Positions 1 to 9,704 of a DNA stretch of 51,054 nt are shown here, in pieces. Positions within the stretch are counted from its first letter, which is position 1, and each line of letters starts with the position of its first letter. The position numbers and the translations under genes are program-made. Origin of the DNA: a bacterium (GTDB lineage: Bacteria; Bacteroidota; Bacteroidia; Bacteroidales; UBA932); assembly GCA_963604895.1 (NCBI GenBank), contig CAVCSJ010000001.1:1-51054 (forward strand), given 5' to 3'. The notes below the pieces were generated by a model. That model ran no database searches and was not told where the DNA came from. It saw only the letters and a list, made by a program, of their open reading frames with translations.

Positions 1-369
1 GGCTGGCTGCATCTCGCGCACGGCGTACGCGGCTGCGCTTCGGGCCTCAGGTACGTTCTCTATATGTATATGACTTCACTCGAAGACCCTACGAAGGTCA
101 TCGCGCAGCCTGCGGGCTTCCTGATGGTCCCGGAAGGGGAGGAATACGTCGGAGACGTTATGAACGTGCTCTTCTCGAACGGCTGGATTGCTGACGAAGA
201 CGGCACTGTATATATCTATTACGCTTCCTGCGACACGAGGATGCACGTAGCCAGAAGCAGCGTGGACCGCCTCGTGGACTACTGTATGAATACCGAGCCT
301 GACGGGCTTCGCACAGGACTCAGCGTCGAGAGACTCAAAGCTCTGATCGACCGGAACAAGAACTTGTAA
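1..369 (+). CDS. GH130 4-O-beta-D-mannosyl-D-glucose phosphorylase-like protein, 5'-truncated by window edge
   Basis: Frame 1 is open from base 1 (GWLHLAHGVRGCASGLRYVLY...VGDVMNVLFSNGWIADEDGTVYIYYASCDTRMHVA), matching the C-terminal part of GH130 mannosylglucose phosphorylases. Confidence 0.88.
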   Translation, partial: GWLHLAHGVRGCASGLRYVLYMYMTSLEDPTKVIAQPAGFLMVPEGEEYVGDVMNVLFSNGWIADEDGTVYIYYASCDTRMHVARSSVDRLVDYCMNTEPDGLRTGLSVERLKALIDRNKNL

Positions 370-452
370 AACTGCGTCAGATTGTTTAACCGGGAATCTT
401 ATTTAAAAATCAGATTGCTTTTATAAGATTTCCAAATACTACCATTTCCGAT

Positions 453-2963
453 ATGAAAGAATTCGGCCATTTTGATGACAGTAAAAGAGAGTATGTGATA
501 ACCGATCCCGCCACCCCGTGGCCGTGGATCAATTACCTGGGAACGGAGGATTTCTTCTCCCTGGTGTCCGGAACCGCAGGCGGCTACAGCTTCTGCCGCG
601 ACGCGCGTTTCCGCCGCATCACCCGTTACCGTTACAACGGTGTCCCTATGGATGCCGGCGGCCGATATTTCTACATAAACGACGGAGGTGTCATCTGGAA
701 TCCGGGCTGGAAACCTTCGAAGACTCCGCTCGACTTCTACGAGTGCCGCCACGGTATGGGATATACCCGCATCACGGGCGAAAAGAACGGCCTGAGAGCC
801 TCTGCGCTTTTCTTCGTGCCGGTCGGCTACCGATGTGAGGTTCAGAAGCTTACGCTCACGAATGTAAGCGCCGCTCCGAAGTCCTTCCGACTCTTCTCCT
901 TTATGGAGTGGTGTCTCTGGAACGCTTCGACCGATATGGAGAACTTCCAGAGAAACTTCTCGACCGGCGAGGTCGAGGTGAAGGGGAGTGTCATCTACCA
1001 CAAGACCGAGTACCGCGAGAGGCGCGACCATTACGCATTTTACGGCGTGAACGCTCCGATAGCAGGCTATGATACTGACAGAGAGTCCTTTATGGGCCTC
1101 TATAACGGCTTCGACTCTCCTGAGGTCGTGACTGCGGACGCTCCGAAGAACTCGATTGCCCACGGCTGGAGCCCTGTGGCTTCGCATTGCATTGACATTC
1201 AGCTCGCTCCGGGCGAGTCCCGCGAACTCGTCTTCGTGCTCGGCTATGTCGAGATGCCGGACGAGGAGAAATTCGAGTATCAGCTTGAGCCGGAGGCACT
1301 TGCAGCCATCGAGAAGAGCGTCGCCGGCACTCCGTTCGCGGGCGAAGCTCTGACATCCTGCTCCGTGCTGATAAACAAGCGCAAGGCTTACGAAATACTC
1401 AACGCGTTCAGTACCAGCGCCCAGGTGGACGCCGCGTTCGAGAGCCTCGAGCGCTACTGGGATGAAATCTTAGGCCGCTTCCGCGTCCAATCCGCTATTC
1501 CTGAACTGGACCGTATGGTCAATATCTGGAACCAGTATCAGTGTATGGTGACATTCAATATGTCCCGCAGCGCCAGCTTCTTCGAGAGCGGCATCGGCCG
1601 CGGTCTGGGCTTCCGCGATTCGAATCAGGACCTTGTGGGCTTTGTCCACCAGTGCCCGGACCGCGCCCGCACCAGAATCCTGGACATCGCCGCCACCCAG
1701 TTCCCTGACGGAAGCTGCTACCATCAGTATCAGCCTCTTACCAAGAGGGGAAACAATGATATCGGTTCCGGCTTCAATGACGATCCGCTCTGGCTTCTCT
1801 TCGGAACCTTTGCATATCTGAAAGAGACCGGTGATTTCAGCATCCTGGACGAGATGGTTCCGTTCGACAATGTGATGGGCAGCGAAAAGACTCTGTTCGA
1901 GCACATTATGATCAGCTTTTCCCGCGTGGGCAAGAACCTCGGCCCTCACGGACTGCCGCTCATCGGCCGCGCCGACTGGAACGACTGTCTGAACCTTAAC
2001 TGCTTCTCGAACAATCCTGACGAGTCCTTCCAGACCACCGAAAACAAGACTTTCGGCAGCAAGGCCGAGTCCCTTATGATAGCCGGCCTGTATGTCTGCG
2101 TCGGCAATGACCTCGTGAAACTTCTGGAGCACCTCGAAAAACATCCCGGCAGCTGCAAGATCACCAGGACCGTAAAGCCGGAGAAGCGCTCTTCCGAGGC
2201 TGTGGCCCAGTGGGTTAAGAGAATGTGCGATTCTGTGGAGAAGTACGGTTGGGATGGAAATTGGTTCCTCCGCGCCTACGATTTCTTCGGCGGAAAGATC
2301 GGCTCACACCTGAACAACGAAGGCCAGATTTTCATCGAAAGCCAGGGTTGGTGCACGATGGCCCGCATCGGAGCCGACAGGGGAATGTGCGACAAGGCCC
2401 TCGATTCTACCAAGAAACTTCTTGACTCTGAGCACGGTATCGTGCTCCTGAGCCCTGCATACACCAAGTATTACATCGAATACGGCGAGATTTCCTCCTA
2501 CCCTCAGGGCTATAAGGAGAACGCCGGCATCTTCTGCCACAATAATCCTTGGGTAATCATCGGCGAAGCCCTCGCGGGCCGCGCTGACGATGCCTGGGAG
2601 CATTACTGCAAGATTTCTCCGGCCTTCACCAGAGACCAGAGTCTGCACAAGGTGGAACCTTATGTATATTGCCAGATGGTGGCCGGCAAGGAAGCCGCGA
2701 AACCGGGCGAGGGCAAGAACAGCTGGCTCACCGGCACAGCGGCTTGGAACTGGTACACGGTTTCCGAGTTCCTGCTCGGAGTATATCCTGAGTATGAGGG
2801 ACTTATGATTAAGCCTTGCCTGCCTGCGCACATAAAGGAGTACAAGATTCACCGCGAGTTCCGCGGCGCTGTCTATGACATCACCATCCACAACAGCTGC
2901 AGCGGCAAATCGGAGTTCATAAAGTACGCTCCGGGTCACCACGAACTGACACTCGAACTGTAA
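453..2963 (+). CDS. GH94 glycoside phosphorylase (cellobiose/chitobiose phosphorylase-like)
   Basis: [24 protein letters not shown]-terminus; [33 protein letters not shown] and [10 protein letters not shown] motifs. Confidence 0.92.
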   Translation: MKEFGHFDDSKREYVITDPATPWPWINYLGTEDFFSLVSGTAGGYSFCRDARFRRITRYRYNGVPMDAGGRYFYINDGGVIWNPGWKPSKTPLDFYECRHGMGYTRITGEKNGLRASALFFVPVGYRCEVQKLTLTNVSAAPKSFRLFSFMEWCLWNASTDMENFQRNFSTGEVEVKGSVIYHKTEYRERRDHYAFYGVNAPIAGYDTDRESFMGLYNGFDSPEVVTADAPKNSIAHGWSPVASHCIDIQLAPGESRELVFVLGYVEMPDEEKFEYQLEPEALAAIEKSVAGTPFAGEALTSCSVLINKRKAYEILNAFSTSAQVDAAFESLERYWDEILGRFRVQSAIPELDRMVNIWNQYQCMVTFNMSRSASFFESGIGRGLGFRDSNQDLVGFVHQCPDRARTRILDIAATQFPDGSCYHQYQPLTKRGNNDIGSGFNDDPLWLLFGTFAYLKETGDFSILDEMVPFDNVMGSEKTLFEHIMISFSRVGKNLGPHGLPLIGRADWNDCLNLNCFSNNPDESFQTTENKTFGSKAESLMIAGLYVCVGNDLVKLLEHLEKHPGSCKITRTVKPEKRSSEAVAQWVKRMCDSVEKYGWDGNWFLRAYDFFGGKIGSHLNNEGQIFIESQGWCTMARIGADRGMCDKALDSTKKLLDSEHGIVLLSPAYTKYYIEYGEISSYPQGYKENAGIFCHNNPWVIIGEALAGRADDAWEHYCKISPAFTRDQSLHKVEPYVYCQMVAGKEAAKPGEGKNSWLTGTAAWNWYTVSEFLLGVYPEYEGLMIKPCLPAHIKEYKIHREFRGAVYDITIHNSCSGKSEFIKYAPGHHELTLEL

Positions 2964-2967
2964 GAAT

Positions 2968-5379
2968 ATGAGAAAGTTACTCACTGTTGCGGCCCTTTCG
3001 CTCGTGTGCGGATTGGCCGCAGGCCAGCAGACTCGGTCGCTGGATGCGGACTGGACCTTCGCTCTGGGCAACGCCGCTTCGATGGAGGCGGATTTCCACC
3101 ACGGCACTGAGTATTTTACATATTATTGCAAGGCGAAGAGCAATAACGGCAGCCGCGCTCCGATTATGCCGGAGTTTGACGATTCCGCCTGGCAGAAGGT
3201 GAGTCTGCCGCACGACTGGGTGGTGGACCTGCCGTACAACGGCGGGGCGAGCCATTCGCACGGCTACAAGTGCATCGGCTGGAAGTATCCTGAGAATTCC
3301 GTGGGCTGGTACCGCAAGCATCTCTATATCCCTGAGTCTGAGAAGGGTAAGCAGATTACAATCGAGTTCGAGGGAATCTTTCGCGACAGCCAGGTCTTCT
3401 GCAACGGCTTCTATCTCGGACACGAGGTAAGCGGCTACAGCTCAAGGGTATACACCCTCACTCCGTATCTTAATTACGGCGGGGACAATGTCATCGCGGT
3501 CCGCTGCGACGCTTCGACCGAGGAGGGCTGGTACTATGAGGGCGCGGGCATCTACCGCCACGTGCGTCTGCACAGCGCAGGTCCTGCCGCTATCAAACCG
3601 TATTCGATTGAAATTCAGCAAAAATGCTCCGACGGCAGCATTTGGACGCTCGCTTCGGGCAGCCGGAGCGTGCACGTCGATGCAAGCTGCGTGAATATGA
3701 AATATGTATTGGCCGACGCGTCGGCCAATGAAAATCTGATCTCGCGGCGTATCACTATTCTGGATGCCGAAGGTAAGGAGGTTGCGAGCGCCGACAGGGC
3801 TTGGAGCATCGAGAATCCTTATCTCTATACTCTCAAGGTCGAGTTGTTTTATGACGGCGTTCTGTCCGACGAGTACAGCTGTAAGTTCGGAGTGAGGACC
3901 CTGGAATTCACCACTGACCGCGGACTCCTGGTGAACGGCAATCCTCTGAAACTCAAGGGTTGCGATCTGCATCTGGATCACGCCGGAGTGGGCGTGGCGG
4001 TGCCTGACGAACTGTGGAGATACAGAATTCTGCGACTCAAGTCGTTCGGTTTCAATGCCATCCGCTGCTCGCACAACTGCGCTTCGCCTTCTATGCTCGC
4101 TCTCTGTGACGAACTGGGTATGGCGGTGATCGACGAGAACCGTCAGATCGGTGTGAATGAGCAGCTTGGACAGCTTCAGAATATGATCGACCGCGACCGC
4201 AATCATCCGAGCGTGTTCTTCTGGAGCATCGGAAATGAGGAATGGGCCGTGGAGTATGATAAAGTCGGCCTCGAGATAGGCCTTCGTATGAAGGAATTCG
4301 TTCATTCTCTGGACCTTACCCGCCCTGTAACCTACGGAAACTGCAGCGGGCAGGAGATGGTGAAGGGTATGGATGTGTTCGGTTACAATTATATCCGTCA
4401 GAATGAGGTGGATAAACTTCACGAGCTTTTCCCTTCTGTCTGCGCTGTGGGTACGGAGGAAACTTCGGGCTGCGGCACGCGCGGGAAGTATGAGATGGTG
4501 CCTGAGAATGGCTGGATGACGCCGATAAACCGCGTGGATTCGCTCAAGAGGGTGAATATCATCGAGGAGGGCTGGCAGTTCTACAAGGCGAGGCCGTGGG
4601 CTCTGGGTCTGTTCTATTGGACGGGCTTTGATTATCGCGGTGAACCTAATCCTATGAAGTGGCCTGCAACCGGTTCGCAGTACGGTATTATGGATTACTG
4701 CGGTTTCCCGAAGGATGAGGCTTTCTATCTGAAGGCGGCCTGGACGGCGGAGCCTTCGGTGCACATCTGCGGGCCTTATGACGGGGAAGTGTGGGTTTAT
4801 TCGAATTGCGATGAGGTGAAGCTTCTTTCCGGGCGCAAGAGCCTGGGCACCAAGAAGATGCCTGTGGACGGGCATCTGGTGTGGAAGGTTTCGGACCCTT
4901 CTGCGGTCTTCTCGGCCGTGGGTTATCGCAACGGTCGCAAGGTGGCTTCCGACCGCTATCCTGCCGTTCTGCCTGAGCTCTCGCTTACGCCTTCCAAGAC
5001 AACTATCGCCGCTGACGGGCAGGATGTCGTCGTGATTGACATCTGCACTTCGCTTCCTTCGCTGGAAGTCAGCGTGGAGAATGCTGAGCTTCTGGGCTGG
5101 GGCAACGGTGATCCTGGCTTCAAGCTTACGGAGCGCCCTGTCGGCAAGTCTCACGCGGAACGCAACTCCCTGACGGTCACTCCGTTCAGCGGCTGCGCGC
5201 AGATTCTGGTCCGCTCGCTTGCTCCTGCTGCCGAAGTGCCGACAGGCCCTGCGGCCGCAAAAGATTCCTTCGGCCGCTCCGCATCCAATGCGGCCGCCGA
5301 ACCTGCCGGCACTCCGGCAGAGAAAAGTGATATAATCATCACGGTCGGCTCTCAGACGCTTACTCTTAAGACAATATAA
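2968..5379 (+). CDS. GH2 beta-glycosidase (beta-galactosidase/mannosidase-like), secreted
   Basis: Signal peptide; V.LPHDW, WYYEGAGIYRHV, NAIRCSHN, RDRNHPSVFFWSIGNEE and WTGFDYRGEP motifs. Confidence 0.9.
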   Translation: MRKLLTVAALSLVCGLAAGQQTRSLDADWTFALGNAASMEADFHHGTEYFTYYCKAKSNNGSRAPIMPEFDDSAWQKVSLPHDWVVDLPYNGGASHSHGYKCIGWKYPENSVGWYRKHLYIPESEKGKQITIEFEGIFRDSQVFCNGFYLGHEVSGYSSRVYTLTPYLNYGGDNVIAVRCDASTEEGWYYEGAGIYRHVRLHSAGPAAIKPYSIEIQQKCSDGSIWTLASGSRSVHVDASCVNMKYVLADASANENLISRRITILDAEGKEVASADRAWSIENPYLYTLKVELFYDGVLSDEYSCKFGVRTLEFTTDRGLLVNGNPLKLKGCDLHLDHAGVGVAVPDELWRYRILRLKSFGFNAIRCSHNCASPSMLALCDELGMAVIDENRQIGVNEQLGQLQNMIDRDRNHPSVFFWSIGNEEWAVEYDKVGLEIGLRMKEFVHSLDLTRPVTYGNCSGQEMVKGMDVFGYNYIRQNEVDKLHELFPSVCAVGTEETSGCGTRGKYEMVPENGWMTPINRVDSLKRVNIIEEGWQFYKARPWALGLFYWTGFDYRGEPNPMKWPATGSQYGIMDYCGFPKDEAFYLKAAWTAEPSVHICGPYDGEVWVYSNCDEVKLLSGRKSLGTKKMPVDGHLVWKVSDPSAVFSAVGYRNGRKVASDRYPAVLPELSLTPSKTTIAADGQDVVVIDICTSLPSLEVSVENAELLGWGNGDPGFKLTERPVGKSHAERNSLTVTPFSGCAQILVRSLAPAAEVPTGPAAAKDSFGRSASNAAAEPAGTPAEKSDIIITVGSQTLTLKTI
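5228..5320. repeat. 93-bp imperfect palindrome inserted in frame in the GH2 3' end
   Basis: Arms 5228-5259 and 5289-5320 are reverse complements at 27/32 positions; the central core ATTCCTTCGGCCGCTCCGCATCCAAT resembles 49618-49643. Confidence 0.8.
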
Positions 5380-5399
5380 CTAAACTCTAAACCTATTAT

Positions 5400-5434
5400 G
5401 CAGGCGGCCCCATAAAAGGTCGCCTGCTTTTTTT
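5400..5434 (+). terminator. Rho-independent terminator after GH2
   Basis: GCAGGCGGCC-ccataaaa-GGTCGCCTGC stem-loop followed by T7. Confidence 0.85.
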
Positions 5435-5563
5435 CTCGGCAGTTTAGAATTGTTTAAACTTGAAATGAACGGCGGAGAATACGAATTTTAAATCAGTTTA
5501 AAAATAAGTTGCCGGAAAGTTGCATTTTAAAACTCTGAAAACCAGTGTAATAGAAAAATTTTA

Positions 5564-5571
5564 GGGGGGGG
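5564..5571 (+). repeat. G8 homopolymer upstream of the pilus operon promoter
   Basis: TTA-GGGGGGGG-TG inside an otherwise very AT-rich intergenic region. Confidence 0.7.
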
Positions 5572-5615
5572 TGAAAAAAGTGCATAAAAAATATACAAAA
5601 TTCAAATTTTTGTTA

Positions 5616-5623
5616 TACCTTTG
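5616..5623 (+). promoter_or_regulatory. Bacteroidota -7 promoter element for the pilus operon
   Basis: TACCTTTG matches TAnnTTTG; no clear -33 TTTG. Confidence 0.65.
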
Positions 5624-5683
5624 CCGTCCCGAATTAGGGGAATGTACAGTTTTTAGAGTTATTTTATTTTAGATTGTTGATTT

Positions 5684-5706
5684 GTTGTGAACTTCAAGTT
5701 CATAAC
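5684..5706. promoter_or_regulatory. 23-bp dyad in the pilus operon leader (candidate operator or RNA hairpin)
   Basis: GTTGTGAACTT-C-AAGTTCATAAC; 11-bp arms with 1 mismatch. Confidence 0.45.
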
Positions 5707-5723
5707 TTATCTTAAATTGGGGA

Positions 5724-6347
5724 ATGAACGAAACTTCAGCCTGGACTCTGTCCGAAAAGAACTTCACGAAAAAGCTCTTTATTGCTCTTCTTTCAGTTGT
5801 TCTGTCCTTCACCGCGAAGGCTCAGAATAATACTGCCGTTAAGACAAACATCCTTTATGACGCCACAGCCACAATAAACGCCGGCGTCGAAAGGACCATT
5901 TCCGACCATTCCAGCATCGACCTCAGCGGAAACCTCAACATCTTCACATTCGAAGACAATATGAAGTGGAAGCATTGGCTGGTGCAGCCGGAATACCGCT
6001 ACTGGTTCTGCAACACGCTGATGGGAAGCTTCCTCGGCGCGCATCTGCTTGGCGGCCAGTACAATATCGGCGGCATCGACCTTCCTTTCACCTTCCTCGG
6101 AACGGACTACTCGAAGCTCAAGGACTCGCGCTACGAAGGCTGGATGGCCGGCGCGGGCCTCGCATACGGCTACGCCTGGCCTCTGTCCGAGCATTGGAAC
6201 CTCGAAGCTGAAATCGGCTTCGGCTATGTCTACACGCGCTACAACTCCTTCCAGTGTGAGAGTTGCGGAGAAAAACTCGAAGAAAACCAAGACCATCACT
6301 ATGTAGGCCCGACCAAGGCTGCACTGAACCTCATATACATTTTCTAA
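5724..6347 (+). CDS. DUF3575 outer-membrane beta-barrel protein (type V pilus-associated)
   Basis: AVKTNILYDATATINAGVE, KHWLVQPEYRYW and C-terminal YVGPTKAALNLIYIF; first gene of a pilus operon; start codon uncertain. Confidence 0.85.
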   Translation: MNETSAWTLSEKNFTKKLFIALLSVVLSFTAKAQNNTAVKTNILYDATATINAGVERTISDHSSIDLSGNLNIFTFEDNMKWKHWLVQPEYRYWFCNTLMGSFLGAHLLGGQYNIGGIDLPFTFLGTDYSKLKDSRYEGWMAGAGLAYGYAWPLSEHWNLEAEIGFGYVYTRYNSFQCESCGEKLEENQDHHYVGPTKAALNLIYIF

Positions 6348-6359
6348 GTCGCACACAAA

Positions 6360-7811
6360 ATGAAGAAAACCGGAATGTTATGTCTGGCAGCTTTAACCCT
6401 GCCGGTACTTTTCTCGCTTTGCTCCGCCCAGACATTGGCCGGAGGCCAGATAGATCTTGAGAACGTGCAGATCTGGAAAGATCACAAGGACGTGAACGTT
6501 ACGCTCGACCTGAACCTCGACCGTCTTCAGCTGAAGAGCAACCGCGGCATCGTGCTCTCGCCTATGTACGTCGGCGGCAGCGACACCCTGCGTCTCGGAA
6601 CTGTCGAAGTGCTTGGACGCAAGCGCTATATCTACTATCAGCGCACAGGCAAGACCGCAAGCGGGGAGCCGGCTGAGATTATCCTCCGCAAGAAGAACAA
6701 GGCTCAGAGCGAGCATCTTGCATATACCTTCCCATACCAGCAGTGGATGAACGGCGGAAGCTTCGTCATCGGGCGCGGCGACTGCGGCTGCGACCAGGCG
6801 ATGATCGGCAGCGAATTCACCGACGAAGTCTGCGAGGACATCGCACTCGTAGGCGAGCCTAAGGAGTATGTGCTTGCATATCAGCGTCCTGAGGCTGAGG
6901 CGGTCAAGAACCGCGAAGAGTCCGGCTCCGCCCGTCTGAACTTCCTTGTCGGCAAGTCCGACATCCGTCCCGAGTACGGCAACAACGCCTCCGAGCTCCA
7001 GAAAATCCGCCAGACCATCGACCTCGTGCGCGAGGATGCCGACGTGACTCTGACCGGCGTGCAGCTCCACGGCTACGCTTCTCCTGACGGCCGCTACGCG
7101 TCCAATGCCGTCCTGGCGCAGAACCGTACCGAGTCTCTCGAGAAATACCTTCTCAACTATTATAAAGTCCTGGACACCAAGCTCTTCACCGCCAGCTCCA
7201 CCGCTGAGGACTGGGATGGCGTCAGAGAATATATGGAAGGCAGCGACTACGCCTATGCCGGGAAGATTCTCGAAATCATCGACGGCGACCTCACTCTCGA
7301 CGAGAAGGACCGCGCCATCGCCAAGGCTTATCCTGACTTCTATCGAAACACCCTTCTCAATGAAGTCTATCCTTCACTTCGCCGCACCGACTACCGCGTG
7401 ACCTACAGCGTGCGCAACTTCGACCTCGAAGATGCCCGCCGCATCATAAAGGAGCGCCCGGGCAAGCTCTCGCTGAACGAGATGTTCCTCGTCGCGAACA
7501 GCTACGAAACCGGCAGCGAGGAGTTCGGACAGGTATTCGACATCGCAGTACGCCTCTATCCTGACAGCCCTGTAGCATCGCTGAACGCCGCCTGCGTGGC
7601 CCTCGAAAGGGGAGACCTCGTCGGAGCGGAGAAGCTCCTCGAGAAGGCCGGCGACTCGCCTGAGGCCCAGAACGCACGCGGAGTGCTCGCTGCCCGTCGC
7701 GGAGAATTCGACAAGGCGCAGGCTCTCTTCACTTCCGCCCTGCCGCTTTCAGCGGCCAATGCGAACCGTGAGGTCCTCGCTCATAACCGTGAGATTATAG
7801 AGAACCAATAG
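6360..7811 (+). CDS. DUF3868/OmpA-like protein with C-terminal TPR (type V pilus-associated)
   Basis: Signal peptide; GYASPDG..ASN..LA.NR OmpA-like motif, EDWDG, YPSLRRTDY.V.Y and LSLNEMFLVA; TPR-like C-terminus. Confidence 0.85.
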   Translation: MKKTGMLCLAALTLPVLFSLCSAQTLAGGQIDLENVQIWKDHKDVNVTLDLNLDRLQLKSNRGIVLSPMYVGGSDTLRLGTVEVLGRKRYIYYQRTGKTASGEPAEIILRKKNKAQSEHLAYTFPYQQWMNGGSFVIGRGDCGCDQAMIGSEFTDEVCEDIALVGEPKEYVLAYQRPEAEAVKNREESGSARLNFLVGKSDIRPEYGNNASELQKIRQTIDLVREDADVTLTGVQLHGYASPDGRYASNAVLAQNRTESLEKYLLNYYKVLDTKLFTASSTAEDWDGVREYMEGSDYAYAGKILEIIDGDLTLDEKDRAIAKAYPDFYRNTLLNEVYPSLRRTDYRVTYSVRNFDLEDARRIIKERPGKLSLNEMFLVANSYETGSEEFGQVFDIAVRLYPDSPVASLNAACVALERGDLVGAEKLLEKAGDSPEAQNARGVLAARRGEFDKAQALFTSALPLSAANANREVLAHNREIIENQ

Positions 7812-7859
7812 TTTGATAACTGGAAAGATAAAAATATTAACAAATTAAAATCATTACAA

Positions 7860-9608
7860 ATGAGAACCAAATCTTTAATTCTTGCAGGTCTCGCTCTCGC
7901 AGCGCTCGTTTCCTGCAGCAAGGAAAACAAGGAGACTCCTGTTTTCAACGGGGACAAGGCTTACATCAATGTAAACATTGCCTACTCCGATGCCGCTACC
8001 AGAGGGACCGGTGACGCTACCAATCCATTCTATTTCGGAACATCCGATGAGAATGCTGTATTAAGCGCCCATTTCTTCTTCTACAACGCTGACGGTTCTT
8101 TCGCTACCTACGCTTCCAAGGCCAAGTCAGAGATGAAATTCACAGCAAACGGTACAGATGCAGCCACAAAAAACAATATCGAAAGTGTGGCAAGCGGTGT
8201 CGTAGTTCTCAAAGACCTGAAGTCGACGAACTATCCTTCCTATATGGCTGTAGTTCTGAATCCGAGCACAGGTATGGTCGATGCTCTCAAGGGCAAGAGC
8301 ATCTCTGAGGCTCAGGCTTATATCATCAACGCTATCGCTACCGAGGGTACCGGCACAACCTGGTCAAACTTCGTTATGACAAGCTCCACCTACGGCAACG
8401 GTGACAAGGCTACAGGATATTTCTGCGAGGAACTCCAGCCGAACAATTTCCAGGAGAACGAAACTGAGGCCGTCAAGGATGCAAATACCGTAACTGCATA
8501 TGTAGAAAGACTTGCAGCAAAGGTTAAGCTTGGTCTTGGTGAGAAAATCTCTGCTGCAAAGGGCAAGATCGGTTCATTCTCTGTAAACGGAAAGGCAACT
8601 GACCTCTACTTCACCATCACAGGCTGGGGCCTGGATGCAACTGCAAAGGATTCCTACACCTTCAAGAACATCGACGCTGACTGGACATTCACCGGATTCA
8701 CCTGGAATGATGCGACAAACCACAGAAGCTACTGGGCCAAGTTCCCTGAGTACGGCGTTTCAGATGCTACGAAAGTTTACTATCCTAAGAACTTCGCAGA
8801 GACTGCAGGAAACAATAAAGCGACCACTCTCTCCTACATCTCTTACAACGATCTCGGTGTCGCCCTCAACGGAGCTGCATACTGCCGTGAGAATACCAAC
8901 ACAGCCGCAGTCCTCAAGGCCGTCAACTTCTCCGGTGCAGTTACAAGCGCCCTTCTTCAGGCCAAGGTAACTGACGCAAGCGGCAACGCCATCCAGCTTG
9001 TCAACTACGGAAAGAAACTCTACACCTACGGCGAATACGTTAAGAAGGCTCTTGCTGACTACGCTGAAAATAATCCTGATAACCTCATTTTCGTAGGACC
9101 GGCAACTCAGGAAGCATCATCCGTTTATACCCAGATTTCCGCTGAAGATGTCGAGTCCCAGAATGCTTATGACGGAGACATCACCCTCAAGGCAAAGACT
9201 CTCGACAGCACCAAGTCATACTATCTCCAGAGTGCCAGTACCGGTGGTACCATCTACGAGGCCAGGACCGCTGCCCAGGTAACAGCGCTTCTGAACGAAA
9301 ACAACGGAACCCTCGCCGAGTACTACAAGGACGGTATGATGTACTACAACATTCCTATCGAGCACCTTAACAACGGTGTCAAGTACACGGATTCCAAATT
9401 CGTTACCGATATGACAGAGGCTACCTACGGTGTCGTACGTAACCACTATTATATGATCACCGTAACCGGCATCTCCAACCTTGGAAAGGCTGTTTACGAT
9501 CCTGCCGAGGATATAGTTCCTAGCGACGATGACGTCAAGAACTACTTCGTAGGCGCCAAGGTCAACATCCTCTCCTGGAAGGTCGTCAAGCAGAGCGTAG
9601 AACTCTAA
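7860..9608 (+). CDS. Type V pilus major subunit (Mfa1/FimA-like lipoprotein)
   Basis: Lipobox LVSC, ATR-G processing motif, VERLAAKV, YGVVRNHYY.I.V..I..LG and C-terminal VNILSWKVVKQSVEL donor strand. Confidence 0.9.
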   Translation: MRTKSLILAGLALAALVSCSKENKETPVFNGDKAYINVNIAYSDAATRGTGDATNPFYFGTSDENAVLSAHFFFYNADGSFATYASKAKSEMKFTANGTDAATKNNIESVASGVVVLKDLKSTNYPSYMAVVLNPSTGMVDALKGKSISEAQAYIINAIATEGTGTTWSNFVMTSSTYGNGDKATGYFCEELQPNNFQENETEAVKDANTVTAYVERLAAKVKLGLGEKISAAKGKIGSFSVNGKATDLYFTITGWGLDATAKDSYTFKNIDADWTFTGFTWNDATNHRSYWAKFPEYGVSDATKVYYPKNFAETAGNNKATTLSYISYNDLGVALNGAAYCRENTNTAAVLKAVNFSGAVTSALLQAKVTDASGNAIQLVNYGKKLYTYGEYVKKALADYAENNPDNLIFVGPATQEASSVYTQISAEDVESQNAYDGDITLKAKTLDSTKSYYLQSASTGGTIYEARTAAQVTALLNENNGTLAEYYKDGMMYYNIPIEHLNNGVKYTDSKFVTDMTEATYGVVRNHYYMITVTGISNLGKAVYDPAEDIVPSDDDVKNYFVGAKVNILSWKVVKQSVEL

Positions 9609-9637
9609 AAAACAAGCGCGCACGCGCACATATTCAT

Positions 9638-9671
9638 ATTGGCAGGCTGCGGCCTGCAGCCTGCCGATTTT
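9638..9671 (+). terminator. Hairpin between major pilin and anchor genes (partial terminator or mRNA stabiliser)
   Basis: ATTGGCAGGCTGC-ggcct-GCAGCCTGCCGAT followed by a short T run. Confidence 0.7.
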
Positions 9672-9704
9672 AAAAATTAACAACAACTTTTGATTTTATA
9701 CGAT

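Noticed and set aside
1323..1334. 12-mer GCCGGCACTCCG in a GH94 extra segment, matching the GH2 element arm
   Set aside because: Too short to be significant, and neither the core nor a partner arm is present.
5531..5660. Invertible promoter: AACTCTGAAAAC (5531-5542) versus GTTTTTAGAGTT (5649-5660) flanking the -7 box
   Set aside because: An 11/12 inverted match is about what chance gives in roughly 290 bp of AT-rich DNA, and no recombinase is nearby. It would need reads in both orientations.
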